This document shows positions 10,122 to 20,320 of a stretch of 64,000 nucleotides of DNA, in pieces; position 1 is the stretch's first letter, and each line of letters opens with the position of its first letter. The notes under the pieces were generated by a model, which was not told the DNA's origin, searched no databases, and saw only the letters and a list, made by a program, of their open reading frames with translations. This DNA is from an uncultured Gemmatimonadales bacterium. Lineage in GTDB: Bacteria; Gemmatimonadota; Gemmatimonadetes; Gemmatimonadales; GWC2-71-9. Both the position numbers and the translations under genes were made by a program. Location: positions 1,632,001-1,696,000 of the forward strand of contig CAVUAK010000001.1 in the NCBI GenBank assembly GCA_963739455.1, written 5' to 3'.

Positions 10122-11258
10122 GTGAATACCCCAGCCCCCCTACTTCGTCGGGCCATCTGGCTCGCTGCCGGGCTGGCGGCATTCGGATTCACTTTTGAGG
10201 CCACGGCCCGGCTCGAGGACCTGATCCGCTACGGCATGCCGGTGGCAGCGCCTTACGGCTCCGAGGCCGACCTGGTCATCCGCGATTCGCTGGGGGTCCA
10301 TGGACGCCCCGGGGCTCAGTATCTCAAGTGGACCCTTAACTCGCTGGGCACTCGGGGTCCCGAGGTCCCTCTCCTGCCGGGGCCGGGGGTGCTGCGTGTT
10401 GTAACCACCGGCGCCTCTGAGACCTTTGGCCAGTCCGAGGGCCCAGGCCAGGAGTATCCGAGGCAACTCGAGGATTCGCTGCGCACGCGACTCGCTCGCC
10501 TCGGGTCGCCGCCATATCAGGCGGCGGAAGTGCTCAACGCGGCTTTCTTTGGAATGTCGCTGCCCACGGCGACCCAGGACGTGAAGCTCCGGGTCGCCGG
10601 CTTCCGGCCGCGGGTGGTCGTGCTCTACCCGACGAGCGTGCAGTACCTCCACGAGGTGCTGCCAAAGGCCGTGCCGCCACTGGTGGGGCAGGCGGAAGTC
10701 CCGGGTGTCTGGGCCATCCTGCGGCCAAGGACTTTTACGCGGCTGAGGGAAGAGCTCAAGCGGCTTGCGCCGGTGGCATGGCGTGAGCGCCTGTGGCAGA
10801 ACGAGGTGCGGCGCCAGCTGGCTCAGCACGAGGCGGGCTGGCGCTACAGTTCTTTGCCCGCGGACCGGCTTGGGTTCTTCGATGCCGACCTCCGCGCGTT
10901 TGTCGGGGCGGTACGCGCCATCGGCGCGGAGCCGGTGCTGGCGACACACGCAAATCGGTTCGTTGATGCCAACGTGCAGGACTCGTCGCTACTCAGCGCC
11001 TGGGGGCGATTCTACCCGCGAGCGGAGGGAGCAATCATTCTGGCGTTCGACTCCGCGGGCGCGGACGTGACTCGTCGCGTTGCCGCCGACTCTGGCGTCG
11101 CCGTCGCTGATATCCGCTCGACGTTGAGCGGCTGCGGCAACTGCTTCGCCGACTATGCCCACTTCACTGACGTGGGCGCGGCACGCGCTGCAGGTACCCT
11201 CGCCTCCACGATCGCCGACTTGCTCGTTCGCCTCGACACCGTAGCGGTTCGGCCTTGA
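10122..11258 (+). CDS. SGNH/GDSL-family protein, probable periplasmic partner of the MBOAT
   Basis: N-terminal anchor, NSLGTRG, GASETFG (Ser nucleophile block) and DYAH (DxxH). Confidence 0.7.
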   Translation: MNTPAPLLRRAIWLAAGLAAFGFTFEATARLEDLIRYGMPVAAPYGSEADLVIRDSLGVHGRPGAQYLKWTLNSLGTRGPEVPLLPGPGVLRVVTTGASETFGQSEGPGQEYPRQLEDSLRTRLARLGSPPYQAAEVLNAAFFGMSLPTATQDVKLRVAGFRPRVVVLYPTSVQYLHEVLPKAVPPLVGQAEVPGVWAILRPRTFTRLREELKRLAPVAWRERLWQNEVRRQLAQHEAGWRYSSLPADRLGFFDADLRAFVGAVRAIGAEPVLATHANRFVDANVQDSSLLSAWGRFYPRAEGAIILAFDSAGADVTRRVAADSGVAVADIRSTLSGCGNCFADYAHFTDVGAARAAGTLASTIADLLVRLDTVAVRP

Positions 11259-12742
11259 CGCTGGCGGCGCAGTCCCGTGCCCGCGCGGGCCACGCGCCAC
11301 GCGCCGACCGCCTGCGCGTGCGGCTGGACCCGCTGCGCCTCGTGGTCTGCCTCATCATTGTCCTGGTGGTGAGCCGGGTGCACCAGTACGTGCCGGCACT
11401 CGCCAAGGCGCGGCCGCTGCTCATCCTCATCGTCGTCGCCGCTGGCTACGCCTTTGCCAATCCCCGGCTGCTCATTCGCGAAAGCGTGTTCAGCACCTGG
11501 CCCGCCAAGGTGATTGCGGGCCTCGGGGTCGCGGCGGTACTCGCCGTTCCGTTCGGCATTTCCATGGGGAACTCGGGCAAGTTCGTCCTGGAGGTGTACT
11601 GGAAGAACCTGCTGCTCGCGTTCCTCATCATCGCCACGTGCCGGCGCGCGCGCGATCTCTACGCCTACGCCTGGTCCTACGTCCTCGGCGCGCTGATCCT
11701 CACCTACTTCGCCCTCTTCTTTTTCGACCTGCAGCGCTACGGCTCTGACTTCAGCTATGCCCGGCTCGCGGGCCTGGCCACCTGGGACGCCAACGACGTG
11801 GTGCTCGTGCTCATGCCGGCCCTGGCGTGTGCGCTCCTCCTGCTTCAGGTCAGCCGGGGTACCGGTAAGATCGTCGCCGTCATGGCCCTCATCGGCGTCG
11901 GCGCAACCGTTGCGAGGAGTGGCTCGCGCGGCGGCCTTATTGGGCTGGTGGCAGTCGGCGCAGCCCTCCTCTTCTTCGGCCGGGGCGTCTCATTCGGCAA
12001 GCGCCTCGTTACGGTGGTGGTCGTCGGCATTGCGCTCGGCGTGTGGGCCCCACAGGGGTACTGGCGCCAGATGCAGACCATCCTGAGCCCCACACAGGAC
12101 TACAACTACACGTCGAAGGATGGCCGGAAGCAGATCGCAAAGCGTGGCATCGGCTATATGATGAGCCATCCGATCTTCGGCCTCGGTATCGGCAATTTCG
12201 AGAAGGCCGAGTGCACCATCTCCGAGAAGGCGCGTGCGACGCCGGCCGGGTACGGCTTCCGGTGCACGCCCCCTCACAACTCGTTTGTCCAGGCGGGAGC
12301 CGAGCTCGGCGTCCCGGGCCTGATCCTCTGGTCGTCCATTCCGATCCTTGGCATCTTCGCACTGCTTCGCCTGGGCCGCCGGCTCCCCTACCGCTGGCGT
12401 CGCGGTACCCGTGAGCAGCGCTTCCTCAGGCTCGCCTGCCCCTACTTTGCCGTGGCGCTTGTCGGCTTCACTGCTACCTGCTTCTTCCTCAACTTCGCAT
12501 GGATGGAGCCGTACTACGTTCTCAGTGCCTTCGTGGCCGCACTCATGGGCGTCATCACCTCCCGGGTGGCCGAGGAAAAGGTGGAACTGCGGGCAGCCGC
12601 GCGTGCCGATCGCCATGCGCAGGTCGAGACGCCGTCGCTGGCGGAGCCGGTTCCGGTCCTCCCTGGACAGGCGCGCTATCCTCGACCTCTCGTCATGCTG
12701 CCGGCTGGTCGCCTCAAACCGGGTGACATGGGTTCGTGGTGA
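11255..12742 (+). CDS. O-antigen ligase/polymerase (Wzy_C) family membrane protein
   Basis: Multiple TM segments; DAND, SGSRGG, PIFGLGIGNF and HNSFVQAGAELG motifs. Confidence 0.88.
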   Translation: MTLAAQSRARAGHAPRADRLRVRLDPLRLVVCLIIVLVVSRVHQYVPALAKARPLLILIVVAAGYAFANPRLLIRESVFSTWPAKVIAGLGVAAVLAVPFGISMGNSGKFVLEVYWKNLLLAFLIIATCRRARDLYAYAWSYVLGALILTYFALFFFDLQRYGSDFSYARLAGLATWDANDVVLVLMPALACALLLLQVSRGTGKIVAVMALIGVGATVARSGSRGGLIGLVAVGAALLFFGRGVSFGKRLVTVVVVGIALGVWAPQGYWRQMQTILSPTQDYNYTSKDGRKQIAKRGIGYMMSHPIFGLGIGNFEKAECTISEKARATPAGYGFRCTPPHNSFVQAGAELGVPGLILWSSIPILGIFALLRLGRRLPYRWRRGTREQRFLRLACPYFAVALVGFTATCFFLNFAWMEPYYVLSAFVAALMGVITSRVAEEKVELRAAARADRHAQVETPSLAEPVPVLPGQARYPRPLVMLPAGRLKPGDMGSW

Positions 12743-13920
12743 CGGGCACCGTCCTGGTTACTGACGCAAATGAGCGCGCGGCGCTCGCTGTGGTGCGCTC
12801 CATCGGTCGGTCCGGAACCCGCGTCGTCACCTGCGCCTCCACCACTCCCTCACTCGCCGGGCGTTCGCGCTACGCTGCTCGCTCGGCGGTTGTCCCCGAT
12901 CCCCTTCGCCAGCCCCAGGCATTCGCCACTGCGGTCGGGAACCTTGGCCGTGAGGAAGGAGCCGGGGTCATTCTTCCCATCAGCGAGCCGGCCCTCCTGG
13001 CGCTGCTGGAACACCACGAACGGGTGGCGCCCGCCGTCATCCCCTGGCCGGGTCTCGAAACGGTCCGCACCATCCTCGACAAGCAGAGGGTACTCGAGGC
13101 CGCTCCGGCTTTCGGCATCAGGGTACCACGGCAGGCGGTCCTGTCGTCGAGCGCCGCGCGCCTGCCCGAGCTGGAATTCCCCGTCGTCATCAAGCCCGCT
13201 CGCTCCGTTGGCGAAGCGGGTGGGATACGACAGAAGCTCACGGTGCGGCACGCTGCCTCATTGGAGGAACTGCAGCAGGTGCTTGCGGGATACTCTGAGG
13301 CGGCATTTCCACTGCTGTTGCAGGAGCGAGTCACGGGGCCCGGCGTCGGTGTCTTCCTGCTGCTGTGGAACGGGGTGCTCCGCGCCACCTTTTGTCATCG
13401 GCGACTTCGGGAGAAGCCGCCTGCTGGTGGAGTCAGTGTCTACAGCGAGAGTGTCGCGGCCGATGAGGCGCTGGTGCAGCGCGCCTCCCGGCTCCTCCAG
13501 TCACTTGGTTGGCAGGGAATTGCCATGGTCGAGTTCAAGACCGACGATCGGAACGGTGAACCGGTGTTGATGGAGATCAACGGCCGGTTCTGGGGCTCGC
13601 TCCAGTTGGCCATCGATGCCGGAGTCGACTTCCCCCGGCTGCTCCTCGAGTGTGTCACCGGCCAGCCTGCCGCAGCACCACCGCCGTATCGCATCGGCGC
13701 TCGCCTTCGCTGGTGGTGGGGCGATGTGGACCAGCTGCTGCTGCGCCTGCGGAAGACCCCGAAGGAACTGCACTTGCCCGCTGACGCCGCGGTGGGCGGC
13801 GCAGCCCTTCGCGATTTCCTCCGGCTCCGAATGAGCGATCACGGCGAGACCCTCCGCTGGAGCGATCCGCGGCCCTTCCTGTTCGAGTCCCGGCAGTGGC
13901 TTGCGGAGGTGCTGTCATGA
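12739..13920 (+). CDS. ATP-grasp carboxylate-amine ligase
   Basis: FPVVIKP, LLQERVTG, HRRLREKPPAGG, MVEFK and LMEINGRFWGS motifs. Confidence 0.88.
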   Translation: MTGTVLVTDANERAALAVVRSIGRSGTRVVTCASTTPSLAGRSRYAARSAVVPDPLRQPQAFATAVGNLGREEGAGVILPISEPALLALLEHHERVAPAVIPWPGLETVRTILDKQRVLEAAPAFGIRVPRQAVLSSSAARLPELEFPVVIKPARSVGEAGGIRQKLTVRHAASLEELQQVLAGYSEAAFPLLLQERVTGPGVGVFLLLWNGVLRATFCHRRLREKPPAGGVSVYSESVAADEALVQRASRLLQSLGWQGIAMVEFKTDDRNGEPVLMEINGRFWGSLQLAIDAGVDFPRLLLECVTGQPAAAPPPYRIGARLRWWWGDVDQLLLRLRKTPKELHLPADAAVGGAALRDFLRLRMSDHGETLRWSDPRPFLFESRQWLAEVLS

Positions 13921-15023
13921 AGCCGCTCACCATTTTGCAGATGCTCGAGTCCGACGGTCCCGGTGGGGCCGAGACCGTCATGCTCCAGCTGTCCGATGAA
14001 CTCCGCGACCGGGGTCACCACATCATTCCCGTGGGTCCGGTGAACCGCGTCGGCTGGCTCGGCCAGCGTTTTCGCGATGGTGGCTATCAGCCGGAGACCT
14101 TCACCCTTTCCGGCCCCATCGATCCCCAGTGCGTCCGCCGAATGGTGGCATTGATCCGAGCCAAGGGCGCCGACCTGGTACACAGCCACGAGTTCACCAT
14201 GGCGGTGTACGGCGCGGCGGCGGCCGCCATCGCCGGCGTCCCGCACGTCATGACGATGCACGGCAACCAGAAGATGACCGCTGTCTGGCGCCGTCGCGCT
14301 GCCCTGCGACTTGCGTTCAAGCACGGCGGCACCACTGCTGCCGTGTCCCGCGCCACCAAGCTGCAGCTCGACCATGACCTGGGCCTCGACTCCAGCATCA
14401 TCCGCGTGGCCCACAACGGCGTGCCCACCCGCCAGGGAGATCCCGAAGCAGTTCGCCGCGAGTTCAACCTGCGGCCTGACGAGTTGGTTCTGCTGGCGGT
14501 CGGTAATCTCGAGCCGCGGAAGGGACACGCGATCCTGCTGCGGGCACTGGCCCAGGTGGTGCGAGGCGGGCTCGAGCGCCCGTGGCGCCTGCTCATCGCC
14601 GGTGGACGCGGCGGTTCCGAGGCCGAGGGGCTTCAGGCCTTCATCCGCGAAAATGACCTGGGGTCACGCGTCCACGTGCTGACGCACCGCGCCGACGTCC
14701 CCGATCTGCAGGCCGCAGCTCACGTCTTCGTCATGCCGTCGCTCTGGGAGGGGCTGCCGCTCGCGATGCTCGAGGCCATGGTTGCCGGCCGTGCCCTTGT
14801 TGCCTCGGACACCTCCGGCATTCCCGAAGCCGTCACCACCGAGGTCGAGGGCCTTCTCGTTCCCCCCGGCAATGAGGAAGCACTGGCGCAGGCGCTTGCG
14901 CGCGTCCTCACCGACGACGCGCTCCGTTCCTCTCTTGGTCACGCCGCCGCCGAGCGCGGTCGGCGGGAGTTCAGTGTGGGGGCCATGGCTGACCGCTACG
15001 AGGCGCTCTATCGTGCGCCCTGA
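13917..15023 (+). CDS. GT4 glycosyltransferase
   Basis: GGAE, HNGV and FVMPSLWEGLPLAMLEAM motifs. Confidence 0.92.
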   Translation: MKPLTILQMLESDGPGGAETVMLQLSDELRDRGHHIIPVGPVNRVGWLGQRFRDGGYQPETFTLSGPIDPQCVRRMVALIRAKGADLVHSHEFTMAVYGAAAAAIAGVPHVMTMHGNQKMTAVWRRRAALRLAFKHGGTTAAVSRATKLQLDHDLGLDSSIIRVAHNGVPTRQGDPEAVRREFNLRPDELVLLAVGNLEPRKGHAILLRALAQVVRGGLERPWRLLIAGGRGGSEAEGLQAFIRENDLGSRVHVLTHRADVPDLQAAAHVFVMPSLWEGLPLAMLEAMVAGRALVASDTSGIPEAVTTEVEGLLVPPGNEEALAQALARVLTDDALRSSLGHAAAERGRREFSVGAMADRYEALYRAP

Positions 15024-16206
15024 AGGGCCCGGGCTGCTGTGCGTGGTGAACTTCCCGGCCAACACCGGCTTCGCCTGGGATTTCATCGAGGGACTCTACG
15101 CTGCAGTCGCCAGGGAAGGGCAGGCGCTTGGCTGGCGGACCTTCGTGGCCTACCCGCGCATTGACCAGCCACCCCGCACGTTGGGGGGATCGCCCGCCGT
15201 CCCCGTGACGCTGAGCCTCGACCTTGGCAGTGTGCCCGGTGCCATCAACCTCTGGCGCTTCCTCCGGACAAACAGGATTTCCATCGCCTATCTCACCGAC
15301 CGGCCAGCCAGGAGCATGGTGCATTTGTTCATGCGTCTCGCGGGCGTGCGGCGCATCGTGGTACACGATCACACCTCCGGTCATCGAACCATTCCTGCCG
15401 GTGTTCGGCGCTTCTCAAAACACCTGCTGAGCGCGCTGCCGGGCCTCGAGGCCGACCGGGTGCTCGCGGTGAGCGACTACGTGGCGCGGCGTCAGGTCGA
15501 GGTCGGCCTCATGCCAGCGGCGCGGGTCGTCCGCGTCTGGAACGGGATACCGCTGCCCGCTGAGCCCAGTGGTGGCATCCCCGAGCTGCGCGCGGCGCTC
15601 GGCCTCCCCGCGGACCGGCCCATCATCACCTGCTGCTGTCGGGCGGCTCCCGAGAAGGGTGTCCATCACCTGCTGCGCGCCTTTACCGTGGTGCGGCAGG
15701 CCGCGACGGCTGAGCGGCCACTTCTGGTCTACGTCGGTGACGGTCCGGAGTTCGAAAGGCTGCGGAGCCTGGCGATGGAGCTCGGCATCGCCGATGACAC
15801 CCGGTTCGTGGGCTATTCCCGCGAGGTTGCCCGTTACCTGCAGGCATCGGACATCGTCGCCGTGCCATCGGTATGGCAGGACGCACTGCCGCTCGGCGTG
15901 CTTGAGGCGATGGCGGTCGGGAAGCCGGTCGTCGCCACCCGAGTTGGTGGCATTCCCGAGATGTGTCGCGATGGAGTGGAAGGCCTGCTGGTCGAACCAG
16001 CCGCCGAGGCAGCACTCGCCCGGGCGATCAGCCAGTTGCTTGAGTCACCCTCACTGCGCAATGACATGGGCCGGCGCGGGCGGCAGCGAGTCGCTGAGTT
16101 CTTCTCGCCGCTGAAGCAGGTTGCGGCAATCGTGGAGCAGCTTGGCCTGCAGAACCCCGATCAGGCTCCAGAAGTGTCGTCGCCCGTGCCAAGCAGTCGG
16201 CGGTAG
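15013..16206 (+). CDS. GT4 glycosyltransferase
   Basis: WNGI, EKGV and VPSVWQDALPLGVLEAMAVGKPVVAT motifs. Confidence 0.9.
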   Translation: MRPEGPGLLCVVNFPANTGFAWDFIEGLYAAVAREGQALGWRTFVAYPRIDQPPRTLGGSPAVPVTLSLDLGSVPGAINLWRFLRTNRISIAYLTDRPARSMVHLFMRLAGVRRIVVHDHTSGHRTIPAGVRRFSKHLLSALPGLEADRVLAVSDYVARRQVEVGLMPAARVVRVWNGIPLPAEPSGGIPELRAALGLPADRPIITCCCRAAPEKGVHHLLRAFTVVRQAATAERPLLVYVGDGPEFERLRSLAMELGIADDTRFVGYSREVARYLQASDIVAVPSVWQDALPLGVLEAMAVGKPVVATRVGGIPEMCRDGVEGLLVEPAAEAALARAISQLLESPSLRNDMGRRGRQRVAEFFSPLKQVAAIVEQLGLQNPDQAPEVSSPVPSSRR

Positions 16207-17369
16207 ATCGCCGCATGGGCCCGCGCCACCTTGTCGGCCGAGAATTCCACCGCGCGGCGCCGGCCTCCTGCGCTGAGCTCACGGCATAGCGGTTGGTCGG
16301 CGGCCAGGCGTTCCAGTGTCGCGGCGAGCTGGGCCGCGTCGCCCGCCCGCACCAGCAGCCCACTTCCCGCATCGATGATCTCTGGCGGGCCGCCGGTATC
16401 GCTCGCCACCACCGGGACTCCCATCGCCATCGCTTCCACCAGGACCAGTCCGAACGGCTCCGGCGAGGTCGACGCATGCACCATCACGTCGGCTGCACTG
16501 AGCAGGTCGGCGACGTCGCTGCGTGATCCTAGGAAGGACACCGTGGCAGGGTTGTGCAGGCGCGCAGCCTGAGCCCGGAGTCGCTCCGCATAGGGCTGGT
16601 CGTCCTGCGATGCCTCACCCGCCAGTAGCACCCGGAGCCGCGACTGCAGTCCATCGGGCAGCCGCGAGGCGGCGTCGAGTAATACATCCTGCCCCTTCCA
16701 GTCGCGAATATTCCCCAGCATCAGTACCACGAAGTCGTTCGGGGCAACGCCGAGCGCTGCGCGCATCGCGGCTCGCGTCGTCGTGGCGGAGTGCACGAAG
16801 CGCTCGATGTCGATGCCAAGGTGTACCACCTCTATTCGGTCCGGTGGGAGGCCGAGGTGCCGCAGCGACGCCGCCATGTACTCACTGCAGGGCAGGATGG
16901 CGTCGAAACGCTGCGCCAGCAATCGCAATGGCCAGCGGCCCGTCGGGGTTTGCCGGGTCATTGCCGTGGCCACGCAGGGCAGTCCCAGGAGGCGGCTGGC
17001 CGGCAGCCAGTCATCGAAGCCCACGAACGGTGAATTGTTGAGGTGTACCAGCGCGATTCGCTCCTGCTTGAGGAAGGCGGCGCGCTCACGAACCGCCCGG
17101 AACGCCTTCGCGAGGCGCCGCGGCAGGGCGCCTCGCTCGTTCACGTCGCGTTCGTGCGCGCGCAGGGCGCCCAGGATCCTCACGTCAAATCCCGCTGCGG
17201 CGAGGCGCTCCGCTACGCGATTGTCCTGGTAGAACACCGGCACCATTTCGAAGCCCAGGCTGGAAAGACCACCGGCGAGCAGTTCGAGCGCTCGGTGCGA
17301 GCCGCCGGTCGTGCCGTCCTCATTGACTTCAATGCATGCGATGCGGGGTGTTGCTGCAACAGGCGCCAC
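16161..17369 (-). CDS. GT4 glycosyltransferase
   Basis: WKGQ and HASTSPEPFGLVLVEAMAMG motifs. Confidence 0.9.
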   Translation of the reverse strand: MAPVAATPRIACIEVNEDGTTGGSHRALELLAGGLSSLGFEMVPVFYQDNRVAERLAAAGFDVRILGALRAHERDVNERGALPRRLAKAFRAVRERAAFLKQERIALVHLNNSPFVGFDDWLPASRLLGLPCVATAMTRQTPTGRWPLRLLAQRFDAILPCSEYMAASLRHLGLPPDRIEVVHLGIDIERFVHSATTTRAAMRAALGVAPNDFVVLMLGNIRDWKGQDVLLDAASRLPDGLQSRLRVLLAGEASQDDQPYAERLRAQAARLHNPATVSFLGSRSDVADLLSAADVMVHASTSPEPFGLVLVEAMAMGVPVVASDTGGPPEIIDAGSGLLVRAGDAAQLAATLERLAADQPLCRELSAGGRRRAVEFSADKVARAHAAIYRRLLGTGDDTSGA

Positions 17370-17373
17370 GGGG

Positions 17374-18888
17374 TCAGGACCGCTGGGTCATGAACGACCA
17401 TGCGCCGGCGGGGTCGGTCAGCAGTCGTCGCAACAACTGCTTGTCGTCGCGCTCGAGGATGAACGTGTGCACGCCGGCGAAGTAGATCACCATGAGCAGG
17501 GCGCCGGCGCCGACCAGGCCGGCGATCGGGAGCGCGGGCAGCAGGAAGGCCACCAGCGACACGCCTGCGCCGATGCCCGCGAGTAGCAGCGGTCGCCGGA
17601 ACGAGTAGGCAATGCGCCACTCGCGCTGCGCCCATCGGTACATCAGGCTGGCCCGGAAGAAGGAACCGGTCGCTGTGGCCGCGGCTGCTCCCAGCGCACC
17701 AAATGGCGGGATCAGTGCGGCGTAGAGCAGGACCACCAGCACCACGGTGATCCAGGTCGCCTTGGTCACCAGTGCGGTGCGCTCCGAGACGTCGATCCCG
17801 AATCGGAACGACTCATTCCACGCCTCCGCTGTATATGCGAGCAGGATCACCGGCACGATGTAGGCGGCGCTGTGAAAGGCGGGCGTAGTCATCAGCCGAA
17901 TGACCGGCCTGATGAATACCGCCAGCCCGGTCGCCATGGTGATCAGCAGCAGGTTGAAGTACATGAAGCCCATGTCGTAGTGCCGGTCGCGCTCGGCCTG
18001 GGGGAGTTTCGCCAGTTCATGCCGGTGCGGGTTCCACGCGCTGAGGAAGGGCGTGCAGCCCAGCTGGACCAGCAGGAACCCGAACTGGTACGCCAGGGAG
18101 TAGAGGCCGACCGCCGTCGCCCCACGAGCCGCCTGAAGGAAGAATCGGTCGCCGAATGTCAGGATGAATGACCCGGCCCAGCTCACCTGGTAAGGCGTAC
18201 CGAAGCGCCGGAGGTCCCGCAGGATCGCGCGGTCGAAATGGAAGCCTGTCTGGCGCAGCAGCCATGTCGTCATCGCCGTGCCCAGCACCAGGTTGGTGAT
18301 GAACGTGCTCCAGAGCAGGCCCACCACGCCCAGCCGGAGCACCACAATGAAGTAGATGTTGAGCGACAGCTGCAGTACCAGTTTGCACGTGGACGTCAGC
18401 AGGAACAGGCTCGGGCGTTGTGTCGTTTGCGCAAAGCTCTGGGGAAAGTTGAGCAGGAACGACAACGCGAAGTTGATGGCCGCCAGCCGGATGAACCACG
18501 ACTTTCCCGCCTCCTTGAGGGCGAAGTGCCATAGTGCCGGGCTCAGGATCATCAACACAACGGTGCACGCTGCGGCGAGCGAGAGCACCGTGAAGAACGC
18601 CGTCGACACGATCCGGTGTCGTTCGTCCGCGGAGTTCGCCTTGAAGTAGAAGCGTTGTACTCCCGCCGTGGTGCCCGCCGTGAAGAAGATCGCGGCCACC
18701 TCCACCGTGATCTCGAGCAACTGTACCAGGCCATAGTCGGCTGGCGTCAGGAACCGGGTGTACACCGGCAGCATCAGGAAGCTGACGGCGCGCCCGAGGA
18801 TCACTCCCATGCTGTAGATCGCCGTTTGCCGGCCCAGCGTCCGGAACGACGTGACGCGCGTGATGGGTGCGGTCACCGGCTCGGGCAT
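17374..18888 (-). CDS. wzx: Wzx-type polysaccharide flippase
   Basis: FLMLPVYTRFLTPADYG, DRFFL and VGLYSLAY motifs with many TM segments; the true start is ATG 18888 inside the 944-aa ORF. Confidence 0.88.
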   Translation of the reverse strand: MPEPVTAPITRVTSFRTLGRQTAIYSMGVILGRAVSFLMLPVYTRFLTPADYGLVQLLEITVEVAAIFFTAGTTAGVQRFYFKANSADERHRIVSTAFFTVLSLAAACTVVLMILSPALWHFALKEAGKSWFIRLAAINFALSFLLNFPQSFAQTTQRPSLFLLTSTCKLVLQLSLNIYFIVVLRLGVVGLLWSTFITNLVLGTAMTTWLLRQTGFHFDRAILRDLRRFGTPYQVSWAGSFILTFGDRFFLQAARGATAVGLYSLAYQFGFLLVQLGCTPFLSAWNPHRHELAKLPQAERDRHYDMGFMYFNLLLITMATGLAVFIRPVIRLMTTPAFHSAAYIVPVILLAYTAEAWNESFRFGIDVSERTALVTKATWITVVLVVLLYAALIPPFGALGAAAATATGSFFRASLMYRWAQREWRIAYSFRRPLLLAGIGAGVSLVAFLLPALPIAGLVGAGALLMVIYFAGVHTFILERDDKQLLRRLLTDPAGAWSFMTQRS

Positions 18889-20273
18889 TCCCAGAGCAGG
18901 GTGGTGTACTGCTCGAAGTCGAGTCGCAGCTTGCTCGTGGTCAGGACTCCACTGCAGTGCTGCGCCAGCCACTGATGCTTGTGCCCGTCGGTGTCGGTAA
19001 TGAATCCCTTCCGCCGTTGCGAGGTAATCACCCAGAAGCGGTCCTTCGAGGCCGCCAGCGAATCGAATAGCGCGACGTCGGTCGTCTGGCGGAGCTCGAT
19101 GGCCTGCAAGTCCGGCGCAGCCCAGGTCGCTTGCACCAGCGGCCATAGCACCACGGTGCCGCCTGGATCCTGCTCCCTGATGCGGGTCAGTGCCTCGCGG
19201 TAGTCGAAGCGCGATCCGTCGGAGAGCTGCGACACCGTGCTGGGAGACAGTGCCGCGGCCAGGACCAGCAGGAGCGCCACTGCTGCCCGCCATTCGCCGA
19301 TCGCGGTAGACTCGAACCATGTGACAAGGGCGCCGGCCGTGCCCAGCACCAGCGGGAATGCCGCCGACACGTACAGCACCGACACCGGCAGGAACTGCAG
19401 GTACCCGCCGATAAGAAGCGTCACTACCGACACCATCGTTCCCAGCAATGCCATGAGCGCGAAGCGGCGCGCAGTGGCATCCCTGCGCTGCATAAGGCAG
19501 ACAAAGCCGAGCGCGCTCGCCGTCACGACGGCGGGCGACAGGTTGAATGCGAGCGACCGGAGCAGCAGGTCCGGCGATCCGGCGGCCGCGCCGACCAGCC
19601 TCTCCGTGGTAAAGAAGAGCCACAGTCCGGTGTAGAACGCCATCAGGAGCACCACCGCCGGGATCCAGCTGAAGCGCCACGCTATCGCCGTCGGCCACCG
19701 CCACGCCAGCCGGCCCGTATCGGTCACGAGGTGCGCGGCCAGCGTCATCCCCACCGCGGAGATGGCGAACGTGGGATGTGTCAGCGTGCCCAGCAGCAAC
19801 CACAGGAGCGTCATCAGGTGGTCGCGCTTCCGTCCGCTGTCCATGGCGCGCAGCAGCGCGCCCGCGTAGAGCGCCCCCAGCAGGTAGATCAGCGACCAGT
19901 AGCGGATGATCTGGGAAGCGTTGATGTGCAGCGGAAGGATGGCGAGCGTTCCCGCCGCGACGATCGCGGCATTCCGGCCCAGGTTGCGGTTCGCCAGGTT
20001 CCACGTGGCCGCGATACCCAGCAGGCCGAATACCAGCGACGGCAGGCGCAGCAGGACGATCGCCCTCGGCCACGCCTCGACCAGTGGGTGCAATGCCAGG
20101 AAGTAGAGCGGCCGCAGTTCCATGCCGCCCGGACCGAACGGCGAGTGGATGAGGTCGCGTGCCTCGTAGATCGAGTAGATCTCGTCCTGCCATACATCGA
20201 ATTGCCACAGCCCCGGCAGTCGGAGCAGTGCTCCCACCGCAAGGATGAGGAGCAGGATGCTCCTATCATTCAT
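18873..20273 (-). CDS. GT-C membrane glycosyltransferase (ArnT/PMT-like)
   Basis: WQDE motif after TM1, PLYF, LRLPS and SQIIRYWS; multiple TM segments with a soluble C-terminal domain. Confidence 0.8.
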   Translation of the reverse strand: MNDRSILLLILAVGALLRLPGLWQFDVWQDEIYSIYEARDLIHSPFGPGGMELRPLYFLALHPLVEAWPRAIVLLRLPSLVFGLLGIAATWNLANRNLGRNAAIVAAGTLAILPLHINASQIIRYWSLIYLLGALYAGALLRAMDSGRKRDHLMTLLWLLLGTLTHPTFAISAVGMTLAAHLVTDTGRLAWRWPTAIAWRFSWIPAVVLLMAFYTGLWLFFTTERLVGAAAGSPDLLLRSLAFNLSPAVVTASALGFVCLMQRRDATARRFALMALLGTMVSVVTLLIGGYLQFLPVSVLYVSAAFPLVLGTAGALVTWFESTAIGEWRAAVALLLVLAAALSPSTVSQLSDGSRFDYREALTRIREQDPGGTVVLWPLVQATWAAPDLQAIELRQTTDVALFDSLAASKDRFWVITSQRRKGFITDTDGHKHQWLAQHCSGVLTTSKLRLDFEQYTTLLWECPSR

Positions 20274-20320
20274 GCCCGTGTCAAGCGATTTTGCGGCGGC
20301 CAAGACCAGCCTGAGTTAAG

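Noticed and set aside
18889..20208. N-terminal 440 aa of the 944-aa ORF as a large flippase fusion
   Set aside because: It overlaps the GT-C gene in another frame and has Arg/Gly/Ala-rich junk composition; the flippase starts at 18888.
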